Counted from the first letter of the stretch, positions 48,500 through 58,693 are shown. The stretch: DNA of 64,000 nt from Planctomycetota bacterium (GCA_016235865.1 JACRIK010000018.1:66891-130890); one strand, 5' to 3'. Notes: generated by a model from the letters alone, not told the origin. Numbers and translations: made by a program.

Positions 48500-49588
48500 A
48501 TGAGGAAACTGAAAGGGAATTGGACTGATATATTTAACGGCTTCTCAGTGGCGTTGGATATCAAGAAGATGTTCGTCGGGTTTATCGGGTTATTTCTGAC
48601 CATGGTTATTTTGGGGCTTATTCCGGTTCTGGTGGCTGGGTATATTAATCCGTCGATTAAAGACATAAGCGATCCTTGCGAGCTTCATCAGCGCGCAAAA
48701 GAAACCATCATGGCCGGAACGCCCTGGAAAGTATATCTTTTCATCGCAGGGATATATCTGCTTATGATTCTGGTCTGGTCTTATCTGGGCGGTATTATCA
48801 GCCGGATTGCCGCAGTGAATATCACCAAGGATGAAGGACTCGACTTAAAGAAGGCAATTAGTTTTGTTAACAAGAAGTATATCTCCCTGTTCTCGCCGTT
48901 TATCCTGTCCATTCTTGGGTTTTTATTTTTCCTGGTTTGCAACCTGCTGGGCGGATTAGTCGGACGGATTCCCTTTGTCGGCGAATTATTGGTGGCTTTG
49001 TTGCTGCCGCTGGCCATAATCTCCGGCTTTATTATGGTCTTTATCTTTATCGGTTATGCCTTCAGCGCCAGGTTCTTCATTTCTACCATTGCGGTGGAGT
49101 CATCCGATGCCTTTGATGCGGTCAGCCGCAGCTTCCAGTATCTCTATGCCGAGCCTTGGCACTACATCTGGTATGTCCTGGTGGCTAAGGTCTATGGTAT
49201 AATTACCACCGCTTTTGTCTGGCTTTTCGGCGGAGCGATGATAGCTGTTTCATTAGCCACGGTTAAATTAGGTATGGGAGTGAAATTACAAGATATCCTT
49301 GCTATGACCGGGTTACATAATTGCGGGCAGATACCCGCTTCTGCGCCGATTACTTATAACATTGCGGCATATGTTATAATGGTGTGGTTGGTGCTTATCA
49401 TCGGCATGCTCCTGGCCTATGTCGTCTCATATTGTTTCTCAGCGCATACCATAATATATTTATTGATGCGCAAGAAGGTTGACGATATTGAGATGACCGA
49501 GCTCTATGAGGAAGAACCGGCCGGTGATTTGGCCGCGGTTCCGGAAGCGCCTAAGGCGGATAATCCGGCTACCCCGTCATCGACATAG
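48500..49588 (+). CDS. Hypothetical multi-pass membrane protein
   Basis: AAGGAG RBS; hydrophobic helices; SDAFDAVSRSFQY, IYLLMRKKVD. Confidence 0.75.
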   Translation: MRKLKGNWTDIFNGFSVALDIKKMFVGFIGLFLTMVILGLIPVLVAGYINPSIKDISDPCELHQRAKETIMAGTPWKVYLFIAGIYLLMILVWSYLGGIISRIAAVNITKDEGLDLKKAISFVNKKYISLFSPFILSILGFLFFLVCNLLGGLVGRIPFVGELLVALLLPLAIISGFIMVFIFIGYAFSARFFISTIAVESSDAFDAVSRSFQYLYAEPWHYIWYVLVAKVYGIITTAFVWLFGGAMIAVSLATVKLGMGVKLQDILAMTGLHNCGQIPASAPITYNIAAYVIMVWLVLIIGMLLAYVVSYCFSAHTIIYLLMRKKVDDIEMTELYEEEPAGDLAAVPEAPKADNPATPSST

Positions 49589-49590
49589 TT

Positions 49591-50334
49591 TTAATAGTTT
49601 ACTTTGATAAGGCAGAGCCCTTTGGCTGGCGCCGTTGGGCCTGCCTTTTTTCTTTCCTGCGAGTTAAGAATTTCCCTGATGCTTTCCGGCTTAATCTTTC
49701 CCTGGGCGACTAATAGCAATGTCCCGACAATCGTGCGCACCATATTGTATAAAAATCCGTTGCCTTTGATATCCACATAAACGTATTCGTTCTTTTTGAC
49801 TATTTTAATGGAATATATCTTCCGGATGCAGTTTTCTTTGGCGGATGATTTGCTGGCAAAGGCCCGGAAATCATGCCGGCCGACCAGATAGCGCGCGGCT
49901 TTTTTCATTCTGGCCAGAGAGATTCGGTAGGGCGCAAAATAATAGAAATTTCTGTCTAAGACAGACCGGATAAAGGAGTTTAATATGGTATAGCGGTAGT
50001 CTTTGCTTTTGGCATCATACATGGAATTGAATGATTTAGGGACTTCTTTTGCCGCGCGTATTGCGATATCATCAGGCAGATTGGAATTGAGCGCTTTGAT
50101 GAATTGCTGGGGCGTCATTCGCGAGCGGGTGCGGAAATTGGCTGCCTGTCCTTTGGCGTGGACCCCGCTGTCGGTCCGGCTGGCGCCGTAGAGTGTTATC
50201 TTATGACCGGTGATTTTGGTTAAGGCTTCGGTAATCACATCCTGAACCGCCTTGGCGTTCTGCTGAATCTGCCAGCCGCAGTAATTCGTGCCGTCGTACT
50301 CTATGGCTAATTTTATATTGCGCAGTTCTGCCAC
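49591..50334 (-). CDS. truA: tRNA pseudouridine(38-40) synthase
   Basis: YDGTNYCGWQ, SRTDSGVHA, HDF, GFLYNMVR, TAPAKGL. Confidence 0.96.
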   Translation of the reverse strand: MAELRNIKLAIEYDGTNYCGWQIQQNAKAVQDVITEALTKITGHKITLYGASRTDSGVHAKGQAANFRTRSRMTPQQFIKALNSNLPDDIAIRAAKEVPKSFNSMYDAKSKDYRYTILNSFIRSVLDRNFYYFAPYRISLARMKKAARYLVGRHDFRAFASKSSAKENCIRKIYSIKIVKKNEYVYVDIKGNGFLYNMVRTIVGTLLLVAQGKIKPESIREILNSQERKKAGPTAPAKGLCLIKVNY

Positions 50335-50337
50335 GGC

Positions 50338-51492
50338 TTATTTCTTTTTCTCTAGTTCAGTTACGGTATTTAATAAATCCGGATAGCTCGGCATGGAAGT
50401 ATACTCCCTGATTATTTCACGTTTTGTTTGGCTGCTGCTTATTCCGCTGGCGACTCTGGTTAATCTGAATGTCTCTTTATTTTCTTTAGTAGGCCGTTTA
50501 GTATTTCCGTAAATTTCATAAATATAAGATGGATTTTTATCGACCCCTTCCTGATAGACTTCAAAATAATAATCCGCATAACGGAATCTAGACTCATTAG
50601 AATGGGGAAAAGGTGTAATGCGTTCTTTAACGATAATCACTTTTGGTTTTATATTAATAATGTCAAGTACGATTAGTTCTAAATAGCCGAAGTTAAGGCC
50701 TTGGTCAAATCTCTTAAGGTAAATTTCTTTAATCTGGGCTCTTAATTCTTCTCCTTTTTTATAATCCTGCTTAGCGTGGTAACACTGAATCAGTGGTTCA
50801 TAGGCGCGCCAGAAAGCCACATCAGATTTGAGGATGTTTTCCAATTCCTTAATGGCGTTGTCAAACATACCTCTGCTCTTATAGATAAGCGCCTTGCCCA
50901 GCGTGGCATCAAGGTAGTCCTTGTTGTTCTGTAATATCTTGTCCCAGATTTTCAGCGCCTCGGTGATATTGTCAGTTTCGTAATGCACCAGAGCTGTCTG
51001 ATGTAGGACATCCAATGATTCGGGTCTGAGTTTTGCTGCCATATCCAGGTATTGGAGCGCCTCCTTATATTTTTTGCTATCCAGGTAGAACTGCCCGAAT
51101 CCGAAATAGACCCAGAAACGCAGTTCTTGATTAGGCGTTTTGGACTCCAGCTCCAGCGCCCGCTTAAATGCGTTCTCTAATTCCTTGTCTTCCGCCAGGC
51201 GTCCGTAGAGATAATAATAGAGCGGATTCTGCGGTTCGGCGTTCATTTTCAGCAAGTATTCTTCTTTCAGGTCATTCAAGCCACCCCACTGGCGCATAAA
51301 ATTCTGATAAGCCCGGTGAGTTTCTATATCATTGGGATTACTCGCTATCTTCTGGCGGTATTCGGCTATCTTTTTTTGGTTAGTTTCCTGCTGCGGTGTT
51401 AAGCTGGTTTTATCCGGCTCATTGGCGGTCTGGGCATAAAGACCGGACGTGATTGTTATCAGGACTAATATAATGCCAATATTCTTTAACAT
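50338..51492 (-). CDS. Secreted TPR protein
   Basis: Signal peptide; TPR consensus repeats. Confidence 0.75.
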   Translation of the reverse strand: MLKNIGIILVLITITSGLYAQTANEPDKTSLTPQQETNQKKIAEYRQKIASNPNDIETHRAYQNFMRQWGGLNDLKEEYLLKMNAEPQNPLYYYLYGRLAEDKELENAFKRALELESKTPNQELRFWVYFGFGQFYLDSKKYKEALQYLDMAAKLRPESLDVLHQTALVHYETDNITEALKIWDKILQNNKDYLDATLGKALIYKSRGMFDNAIKELENILKSDVAFWRAYEPLIQCYHAKQDYKKGEELRAQIKEIYLKRFDQGLNFGYLELIVLDIINIKPKVIIVKERITPFPHSNESRFRYADYYFEVYQEGVDKNPSYIYEIYGNTKRPTKENKETFRLTRVASGISSSQTKREIIREYTSMPSYPDLLNTVTELEKKK

Positions 51493-51505
51493 AGTTAGCC
51501 TCTTT

Positions 51506-52267
51506 TTATTTCCATCCCATTATCTGATGCATCTGCGGGATGATTCTAACATCGGACAGCTCCTTAGTAAATATATTGTGTATCCTAATAATCCGGTTCA
51601 GTACCGGGGTTTTTACGCCCCAGCGGACTGCGGAAACCGGCTGGAGCACCACCGGAATGTGTTTATTGATGCCGGCAATAATCCTTAGCGCCTTCTGATA
51701 TTCAGCCAGGGGGGTGGTGTGATTCATTATAATTTTTATATAGGTCTCTGTTTTCTTACTATCTGCCAGGGTCAGAAATCTTTTAGTCGATTCCCATAGT
51801 TTGTTATTGCTTTTGGCATCAGACGGCATCTTGATATCCATGGATATAATATCTATCAGGTCTATTACTTGTTTCAGTTGTTCAGGCAGGGTGCCGTTAG
51901 TTTCAAGCAATATGGGTATCTTTAGCCGCCTCAGGTAGCGCAGAAACACCTTTAGGAATGCGGCATGCAATAACGGTTCTCCGCCGGTCAGGGCAATGGC
52001 GTGGTAATGCGGGAATAGGGCGGTCAGCCGTTTTATGGTGTGTAACAGATAACCGTTCTCCATCGGATTGCGGCATGTATGCGAGATTTTGCCAAAAGGC
52101 GCGGTTTCTATCCGGCAATGTTTGGGTATGACCAATCCTTCAGGGGTATCGCAGTAAGAGCATCGCAGGTTACAGCCGGCAAGGCGGATAAAAAGATGAG
52201 GCCGGCCGACATATAATCCCTCGCCCTGGATGGAAGAAAATACAGAAACGACAGGGGCGTTAGCCAT
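51506..52267 (-). CDS. queE: 7-carboxy-7-deazaguanine synthase (radical SAM)
   Basis: FSSIQGEG, FIRLAGCNLRCSYCDT, TGGEP, ETNG, PQMH. Confidence 0.9.
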   Translation of the reverse strand: MANAPVVSVFSSIQGEGLYVGRPHLFIRLAGCNLRCSYCDTPEGLVIPKHCRIETAPFGKISHTCRNPMENGYLLHTIKRLTALFPHYHAIALTGGEPLLHAAFLKVFLRYLRRLKIPILLETNGTLPEQLKQVIDLIDIISMDIKMPSDAKSNNKLWESTKRFLTLADSKKTETYIKIIMNHTTPLAEYQKALRIIAGINKHIPVVLQPVSAVRWGVKTPVLNRIIRIHNIFTKELSDVRIIPQMHQIMGWK

Positions 52268-52307
52268 AGGGGTGTATTATATTAGAATCCGTCTTGCAGT
52301 TCAAATA

Positions 52308-52346
52308 ATAAGGGGCGCTCCGATATTAACCGGAACGCCCCTTTAT
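52308..52346 (-). terminator. Probable intrinsic terminator after low-complexity protein gene
   Basis: Stem AAGGGGCG..CCG / CGG..CGCCCCTT followed by TTATTATTT on minus strand. Confidence 0.6.
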
Positions 52347-52363
52347 CCGTTAAAGAACCGATG

Positions 52364-53737
52364 TTAGTTCTTGGACTTGTCCGTGTTCTCTTTATTTTCC
52401 TTGTTGGTATCGCCCTGGCCCTTGCCCTGTCCAGCGCTGTCGCGGCCTTCGCCTTTGCCGCCGTCTCTGACGCCGTTATTATCATTGTCCTTGGGAACGG
52501 TTCCGGTTACATCCATACTACCCTGGGACGTATTGGGCTTGCGGTTCTTACCTTCATTCCTTAGTTTCGGGTTGCAAATCGGGCAGGTTCTGGGATTATG
52601 CGGCGGTCTCAGGCGGGCATCTTTATCGTTACCCTGTCCGGAATTACCGTCACCGGGCCGGTCTACCTTGCCGCTATTGGCATCATCGCGGTTGTCGCCT
52701 CTGCGTTTGTTGTCAGATGAGCCGGAACTGCCTCCCTGCGGTTGTTTGGGCTGTGTTTTCGGCCTGTCGACGCCTTCTCTCTTGGGCGGCAGTTTTCTGT
52801 CGTTACCCTGTCCGGAATTGCCGTCACCGGGCCGGTCTATCTTGCCGCTCGTGGAATCGTCGCGGTTGTCTCCGGCGCCCCATTTACGCTTGGGCGGAAA
52901 TTTATTATCGCGCCTGTCCTCGCGGCGGTCACGGACATCCTCGCGTTTGTCTTTGGCGTCCTCACGTCTGTCCTTGACATCTTCGCGATTGTCGCGCCTG
53001 TCTTCTTTTCTATCCCAGGCATCTTCTTTTTTATCGCGTCGGTCTTCGGCCCTATCCCATTTGCCGCCATCTGTTTTGCTGTCACGTTTATCTTCTGCTC
53101 TGTCGCGTTTGTCCTCGCGGCGGTCTTTGATATCCTCGCGTTGATCGCGTTTGTCTTCGCGTTTGTCTTTGATATCCTCGCGGTTATTGCGCTGGTCTTC
53201 TTTCCGGTCCCGGACATCCTCGCGCCGGTCCGCGCCCCATTTACGCCTTAAGGAAGAATTATCCTTCCTGTTTTCATCGCCTTGACCTTTGCCCTGGCCT
53301 ATGCCATTGCGTCCTTCGCCCTGGCCGCGGTCCCGGACTCCGGAGTTATCATTATCTTTGGGATTGGTAGTCTGCGGAGGTTGTCGCTTGGGCGATTCTT
53401 TCTTGGGCGGCAGATGCCGCTTGCAAAGTGGGCAGGTCCTGGGGTCATGCTTGGGTGGTTTTACCCCGGGTTTTTTATCATCGCCCTGTCCGGAATTGCC
53501 GTCGCCCGGTCGGTCAACCTTACCGCTCTTGGCGTCATCGCGGTTATCGCCTTTACGGTCGTTGGCTGATGGTGCATTCTTGTTGGGAGTGTTTTTATTG
53601 CCGGCCTTGGGTCCGTTGTTGTTTCCGCCGGCCTTGGCCGGCGCCCTGCCAGGTTCAGCGTACAACGAGGCAACTAAACTGACTAACAGCATTACTGCCA
53701 GCAGATAGCCCATTCCCTTTCTTATGTTCTGCCACAT
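52364..53737 (-). CDS. Secreted low-complexity repeat protein
   Basis: AAGGAG RBS, signal peptide, charged heptads, repeated DRPGDGNSGQG and HxPRTCPxC. Confidence 0.75.
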   Translation of the reverse strand: MWQNIRKGMGYLLAVMLLVSLVASLYAEPGRAPAKAGGNNNGPKAGNKNTPNKNAPSANDRKGDNRDDAKSGKVDRPGDGNSGQGDDKKPGVKPPKHDPRTCPLCKRHLPPKKESPKRQPPQTTNPKDNDNSGVRDRGQGEGRNGIGQGKGQGDENRKDNSSLRRKWGADRREDVRDRKEDQRNNREDIKDKREDKRDQREDIKDRREDKRDRAEDKRDSKTDGGKWDRAEDRRDKKEDAWDRKEDRRDNREDVKDRREDAKDKREDVRDRREDRRDNKFPPKRKWGAGDNRDDSTSGKIDRPGDGNSGQGNDRKLPPKREGVDRPKTQPKQPQGGSSGSSDNKRRGDNRDDANSGKVDRPGDGNSGQGNDKDARLRPPHNPRTCPICNPKLRNEGKNRKPNTSQGSMDVTGTVPKDNDNNGVRDGGKGEGRDSAGQGKGQGDTNKENKENTDKSKN

Positions 53738-53753
53738 ATCCCTGCTCCTTTCG

Positions 53754-53823
53754 TTAGAGTCCGTTGGACCCCGAAAGCATTCGGGGAACTTACGGACTCT
53801 TACGTCCCGCCGTATGGCGGGAC
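53754..53823 (-). repeat. CCCGCC hairpin plus TAA-N6 element (arms GAGTCC/GGACTC)
   Basis: Ends just before RBS of the 53737 gene. Confidence 0.7.
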
Positions 53824-53833
53824 ATCTTGATTA

Positions 53834-54679
53834 TTATTTATTATTTCCTCCTGCCTTTGGCGGAGGGTTAGTTTTGTTTGGTTGGTGCCTTTTCTGGCCT
53901 TGCTTGGGAGCGCTATTATTATCGCCGCCTTGCTTGTTGTTATCCGGTCTCTTGGCATTATCAGGGTTTTTCTTTCTTTGTTCATCGCAGAGCTTCTTCA
54001 GCTGTTCCCGTCTCTGTTCGGGCGGAAGCTTCTTGAGTTCCTCAACCTTATCCGGTCCCAGTTTCTTCTTGAGGTCTTCCTCCAGTAGTTTCTTGATTTC
54101 CTTACGGCGTTCCTCGGGCGGAAGGTTCTTCAGCTCTTTCCTCTTTTCCTCGGGCAGTTGCTTGACCGCATCGATGGTATGCTGGACCATTTGGCGTTTG
54201 GCCGGGGTCATGTTCTGGATTTTGTGCATCAGTTCCTTGCGTTTTTCCGGGTCCATATTCTGGAGCCGTTCCTTAAGCGCCTGGCGTTTCTCCGGCGGCA
54301 TCTGCTGGAGTTGCTTATGGGCCTGCTGGAGACGTTCCTTTTCCTCCGGGGTCATCTTCTGGAACTTTCTGAAGGCCGCCTTGGTTTTCTCCTTCTGCTC
54401 CGGAGACATCTTCTGCCACTGTTCCTTCCGGCGTTCCATCATCATCTTGCGGAAACGAGGTTTTTCATCGGATGATTTACCGTTGTCTTTATTATCCGTT
54501 TTATCTTTGGCGTTGTCGTCTTTGGTATTATCCTGAGAAACGGACGGCGTATTATTTCCCTGATCCTTAGCCGGCTGGTTATTCTCTTGTGCAGAAGAAA
54601 TCAAAGCGCTTGCTGTAAAGAGTAGCGCCGCACACGCCATCATCAATAATCCGTGCAATCTGAGGAATCTGTGTTTCAT
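53834..54679 (-). CDS. Periplasmic DUF3106-like repeat protein
   Basis: Signal peptide; repeated WQKMSPEQK/LKNLPPEERR helices. Confidence 0.75.
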   Translation of the reverse strand: MKHRFLRLHGLLMMACAALLFTASALISSAQENNQPAKDQGNNTPSVSQDNTKDDNAKDKTDNKDNGKSSDEKPRFRKMMMERRKEQWQKMSPEQKEKTKAAFRKFQKMTPEEKERLQQAHKQLQQMPPEKRQALKERLQNMDPEKRKELMHKIQNMTPAKRQMVQHTIDAVKQLPEEKRKELKNLPPEERRKEIKKLLEEDLKKKLGPDKVEELKKLPPEQRREQLKKLCDEQRKKNPDNAKRPDNNKQGGDNNSAPKQGQKRHQPNKTNPPPKAGGNNK

Positions 54680-54681
54680 AA

Positions 54682-55146
54682 TTATTCTCCGTTCAGGTCC
54701 GCATCCATAATCTCGGGCATTGCCTCAACCAGTTCATAATCCTGGACGATATCCGCCACTTGGGCGGTTTCCATGTCCTCTAAGAGTTCGATATTGGCGA
54801 TTATCTCGGTATCTGAGCCGTTAAATGGGTTGACCAGCCAGACTAGGGCGGCCACCATAACCACGGCCGCCGAGGCCAGCAATCCGACCCGGCGCCAGCC
54901 CAGATGGAACCTATAGGCGCGTTCTAATTTATCTATCTTTTGGTTAAGCCCGGCCTGGAGATTGCCGGTTGCCGGCGCAACCTGATAGGCATCCAGCAGG
55001 GTATCCAATTGCTCCAACGCCTTTAACTCGCTTTGGCAGGCGGGGCAGGCACCCAGATGCGACGCTATCAGGGCCTTTAATTCCGGTGCCGTCTCGTCCC
55101 GGCGGTAGGCCTCTAACTCATTAATAACCTCATTACACTTAATCAT
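54682..55146 (-). CDS. zf-HC2 anti-sigma factor
   Basis: MIKC...HLGACPAC, TM helix, ELLEDME. Confidence 0.8.
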   Translation of the reverse strand: MIKCNEVINELEAYRRDETAPELKALIASHLGACPACQSELKALEQLDTLLDAYQVAPATGNLQAGLNQKIDKLERAYRFHLGWRRVGLLASAAVVMVAALVWLVNPFNGSDTEIIANIELLEDMETAQVADIVQDYELVEAMPEIMDADLNGE

Positions 55147-55171
55147 ATTAGCGCTCTCTTTCTGACGATGG

Positions 55172-55200
55172 TATAAACACACCGGGGTGTGAAAAGTTAC
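55172..55200 (-). promoter_or_regulatory. Possible ECF-sigma promoter
   Basis: GTAAC-17-GTTTATA on minus strand upstream of anti-sigma. Confidence 0.4.
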
Positions 55201-55220
55201 GGTGAAAATAAATAAATTAA

Positions 55221-56387
55221 TTACAGGCCCATGCCCTGGGTAATCTTGAATTCGGAGAAATCCTTATTGCCGAAGCGGTTCAGAGTCAATTTGTCTATAA
55301 TAATAGAAGGCGGTTTATTTAGGGCTATCTCAGCCACAAGCTTGCCCAGCATCCCGGCTCGCATAAAGCCATAGCCGTTATCGCCGGTAGCCAGGATAAA
55401 ATTGGGTATCTCAGGCATCCGGCCGATAATCGGCATCCGGTCCGGCGTGGCCGTGACTAACCCGGCCCAGCTGTTGGCCACGCCCGCATCGGCCATCCCG
55501 GGTATCAGGTATGAAATCTTCTGGGCAATCTCTTCCAGGAATGCGTTGTCAGCCTTCTGCCGGAACTGGTCCGGATTCTCCTCGGTTTCGGTGGTGCCGT
55601 CGCCGGCCAGGAGCAGTCCGCCGGTCTCAGAGTGGAAATAGACATTCCGGTTAATATCATAGACCGCCGTGATGTTCTGAGGCAGGGGATGCGAGGGTTT
55701 CAATACCGCAATCTGGGTCCGGTATGGCTTTAAAGGCAGTTTCAGGCCCAGCAGTTCGCCCACCTTCTTGGCCCAGCATCCGGCCGCATTAATGAGCAGG
55801 GGAGTGGAGAATGTTCCCTCGCTTGATGTGACTTCAAAAATATCGCCAGTTCTGCGGAGGCCCGTAACCGGCGCCATTTCGTATAGCTTGGCGCCGTTTC
55901 GGCGTGCTTCCTTGGCAAAGCCGTTGACAATCTGGAATGGGTCGAGATAGCCGTCCTCCGGTGTGTATAGTCCGGCCGGAAAATCATCCAGATGCATCCA
56001 GTGCCCGAGATGTTTGCGGATGCCGGCCCGGTCCAGCCAGTCGGATTTGATATTATATTTATTTAACAGTGTCTGCGAGTCCCTGAGATATTGTTCCTCC
56101 TGAGCAGTGGTGGCCAGATAAATCAGGCCGCTCTGGTGGAATTTGATATCCTTATTGCGTTTGATAAGTTCCCGGTAGATATCCAGAGAGCCCTGAACCA
56201 GCTGGACGTCAATCTCATTGGCCCACTGGAGTATGGTCAATCCGGCCGCCTTGCCGGATGAGCCGCTGCCCAGCAGGTTCTTTTCCAGCAGGACGATATT
56301 TCTGGCTCCGGCCTGTGAGAGGTGGTAGGCGATGCTGGCGCCGATTACCCCTCCGCCGATGATAACAATATCTGCTGTCTTGCTCAT
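55221..56387 (-). CDS. FAD-dependent oxidoreductase (DAO/sarcosine oxidase beta family)
   Basis: IIGGGVIG, GSSGKAAG, INAAGCWA, WAGL..TPD..PIIG. Confidence 0.9.
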   Translation of the reverse strand: MSKTADIVIIGGGVIGASIAYHLSQAGARNIVLLEKNLLGSGSSGKAAGLTILQWANEIDVQLVQGSLDIYRELIKRNKDIKFHQSGLIYLATTAQEEQYLRDSQTLLNKYNIKSDWLDRAGIRKHLGHWMHLDDFPAGLYTPEDGYLDPFQIVNGFAKEARRNGAKLYEMAPVTGLRRTGDIFEVTSSEGTFSTPLLINAAGCWAKKVGELLGLKLPLKPYRTQIAVLKPSHPLPQNITAVYDINRNVYFHSETGGLLLAGDGTTETEENPDQFRQKADNAFLEEIAQKISYLIPGMADAGVANSWAGLVTATPDRMPIIGRMPEIPNFILATGDNGYGFMRAGMLGKLVAEIALNKPPSIIIDKLTLNRFGNKDFSEFKITQGMGL

Positions 56388-56447
56388 AGTTAGGAGAATT
56401 TATATTATTATAATTGATTTTACAATAATATCATGATAAGTAATTTC

Positions 56448-56512
56448 GTAAGCGGATTAAGCGGATTTGGCAGATTGAGCGGATAATCTGCGGAATCTGT
56501 GCAATCTGTGGT
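56448..56512. repeat. Inverted 9-10-bp arrays (GCGGATT units then AATCTGYG units)
   Basis: Read directly. Confidence 0.7.
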
Positions 56513-56526
56513 TAGAAAGGTATTTT

Positions 56527-57459
56527 ATGTCAGATTTGATATGGTTAAACGGCGAATACATCAAGCGCAACGAGGCCAGGATAAGTTTATACGAAAGCGG
56601 ACTGCTTTACGGCTACGGGGTTTTTGAGACCATCATGATAAACAAGGGCCGGGGCTTCCAGTTGACGGCCCATTACGACCGGCTCAAGACCTCGGCCAAG
56701 CATATCCGGATGCCGGTCCATATCAGCCAGAAATCGCTGGATAAGGTTATCAGTCGGCTGGCCCAGATAAACAGCATTGAAAAGGGCTATGTCCGGATGG
56801 TCGTTTCGTCTTCTGAAGAGCCGATGAAGTCAATGAGGTTCTCATCGTCAGCCGAAGAGCCGAAAAAGGGATTGGATGAGACCGGAGAATATCAGACCTC
56901 CTCGATGATACTGGTCGAGACCGGTCCGATATCGCCGGACTATGAGAAATTCCGCTCCTCCGGCGTGAATGTCATTCTCTATCCGTCCCGGCGGAGCGCG
57001 GACACGGCTTACTATCGCCACAAGACCCTGGCTTATATGGAAAACCTGATAACCCGGCGCTGGGCATTCAAGAACAAGGCCCTGGAGGCGATTTTCGCCA
57101 ATACCAACGACAATATAATGGAAGGCACGCGCAGTTCGTTCTTCATCGTCAAGGACCGCAAGGTTTTTACGCCGTCCATCGAATCCAATATTCTGGCCGG
57201 GGTGACCCGGGACGTGGTCATGGGCCTGTGCACCAAGAATGCCATCAAGGTCCGGGAAAAACTTATGACCAAGGAAGACATCTTCACCGCGGACGAGGCA
57301 TTCCTGACCAGCACCCTGATGGAGATCATGCCGATCATCGCTTGCAAGGTCGAGAACAAGAATGGCGAGATAGACACCAAGGTGATAAAGGGCGGCCAGG
57401 TCGGCCCGGTCACCCGGGTGCTCCAGACCAGTTTCCGTGATTTGCTGGAGATGGCGTAA
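56527..57459 (+). CDS. Aminotransferase class IV (IlvE/PabC family)
   Basis: GLLYGYGVFET, HYDRL, HKT, EGTRSS, ILAGVTR, ADEAFLTST. Confidence 0.9.
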   Translation: MSDLIWLNGEYIKRNEARISLYESGLLYGYGVFETIMINKGRGFQLTAHYDRLKTSAKHIRMPVHISQKSLDKVISRLAQINSIEKGYVRMVVSSSEEPMKSMRFSSSAEEPKKGLDETGEYQTSSMILVETGPISPDYEKFRSSGVNVILYPSRRSADTAYYRHKTLAYMENLITRRWAFKNKALEAIFANTNDNIMEGTRSSFFIVKDRKVFTPSIESNILAGVTRDVVMGLCTKNAIKVREKLMTKEDIFTADEAFLTSTLMEIMPIIACKVENKNGEIDTKVIKGGQVGPVTRVLQTSFRDLLEMA

Positions 57460-57487
57460 TTATATTATTAAGATTGGAAAAGACCTG

Positions 57488-58693
57488 ATGCCGAATAATG
57501 AAACGGACCCCGGACGCTCAAAACTATCCCGGCTGGCGGACATCCTGCTGAAAATCGCCGCTTTCTTTATCATCCTGGAACCTATCTGGATGCTATTGCC
57601 CTTTGCCGGGTTCCTTTACGGCTCGGTCATGCACATCCAGATGCTCAGCAGTAATCCCAAGCTATCCTGGCTGGTCTATTTCGTCCTGCCCACCCATACG
57701 CTCTTCCCGGTCGGCATAATTTTGGTAGTAGTCGGCTTTATGATTTTCCTTATCGGCGCTTCCCAGATATACTACGCCAAACTCTTCAAAAAAGGCATGG
57801 TCACCAAAGGCATCTACCGGTTCTTCCGCCATCCGCAATATGTATCGCTGTCGATTTTCTGCATTGGCATCATCCTGACCTGGGGCCGGTTCATCACCTA
57901 CATCGCCTTCTTTGTCATGCTCTGGCTCTATTATTATTTATCCAAGAGCGAGGAGCGCCAGTGCCAGGCCGCCTTCGGCGCCGAATATGACGCCTACAAG
58001 AAAACGGTCTGGTTCCTGTTCCCCGGAGAGGGGCTTCTGTTTAAGCTCTGGGCTGGCGTGCCGAAACCGAAACTGCCCAAATCGGCCGCAATTGCTGTCT
58101 CAGGCATCCTGGTTATAAGTTTTGCCATAGCCAGCGGTTTCTTTATCCAATGGGTTCGGGCTGAAACCCGGCAGACCATTCCCTGCATCCAGGCCAAGAA
58201 AACATTCACCGGAAGCTCAGCCGAGGTTGACCTGATTATGGTCAAGGGACCGGCTATGCAGGCCGCGCCTTTTGAAGCCGGGCGGACCGAGTTTATGGAC
58301 AAGCAATTCCAGGCGCTGATGGCCTCGGCCAAGATAAATAAACTGCTCGGTTATCTCGGCCTGGGCGAAAAAGATACTGTTCTGGTCTTCCTGACTCCGG
58401 GAAAAAATTGGCACGACCAGATGGGCCGGCACGACTCCAATAAAGTTGATTTATTTATTCTTGTCCTGAATACCCCGGTCAAATACAATGGCGCTAATTT
58501 CAGTCAATTCCGGCGCGCTTGGGCCATCCGCAAGGCCGTATTCGTGGACGATTTCTCATATCAGGCGTTCAAGGAAGGCAAAGACCCGGCCCAGGGTGAG
58601 ATGACCATTCCGGGACCGCCGCGGGGTGAATTTCCTGAATTCCTGCGCGTCAAGTTTGAGGAGCGGGTCGATTTCTTCCTGAGCGGGCTGTAA
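57488..58693 (+). CDS. Isoprenylcysteine/phospholipid methyltransferase-family membrane protein
   Basis: VTKGIYRFFRHPQY, EERQC..FGAEY..Y; ATG 57488 preferred. Confidence 0.75.
   Translation: MPNNETDPGRSKLSRLADILLKIAAFFIILEPIWMLLPFAGFLYGSVMHIQMLSSNPKLSWLVYFVLPTHTLFPVGIILVVVGFMIFLIGASQIYYAKLFKKGMVTKGIYRFFRHPQYVSLSIFCIGIILTWGRFITYIAFFVMLWLYYYLSKSEERQCQAAFGAEYDAYKKTVWFLFPGEGLLFKLWAGVPKPKLPKSAAIAVSGILVISFAIASGFFIQWVRAETRQTIPCIQAKKTFTGSSAEVDLIMVKGPAMQAAPFEAGRTEFMDKQFQALMASAKINKLLGYLGLGEKDTVLVFLTPGKNWHDQMGRHDSNKVDLFILVLNTPVKYNGANFSQFRRAWAIRKAVFVDDFSYQAFKEGKDPAQGEMTIPGPPRGEFPEFLRVKFEERVDFFLSGL

Noticed and set aside
52371..54536. Long plus-strand ORFs
   Set aside because: Antisense shadows of low-complexity genes
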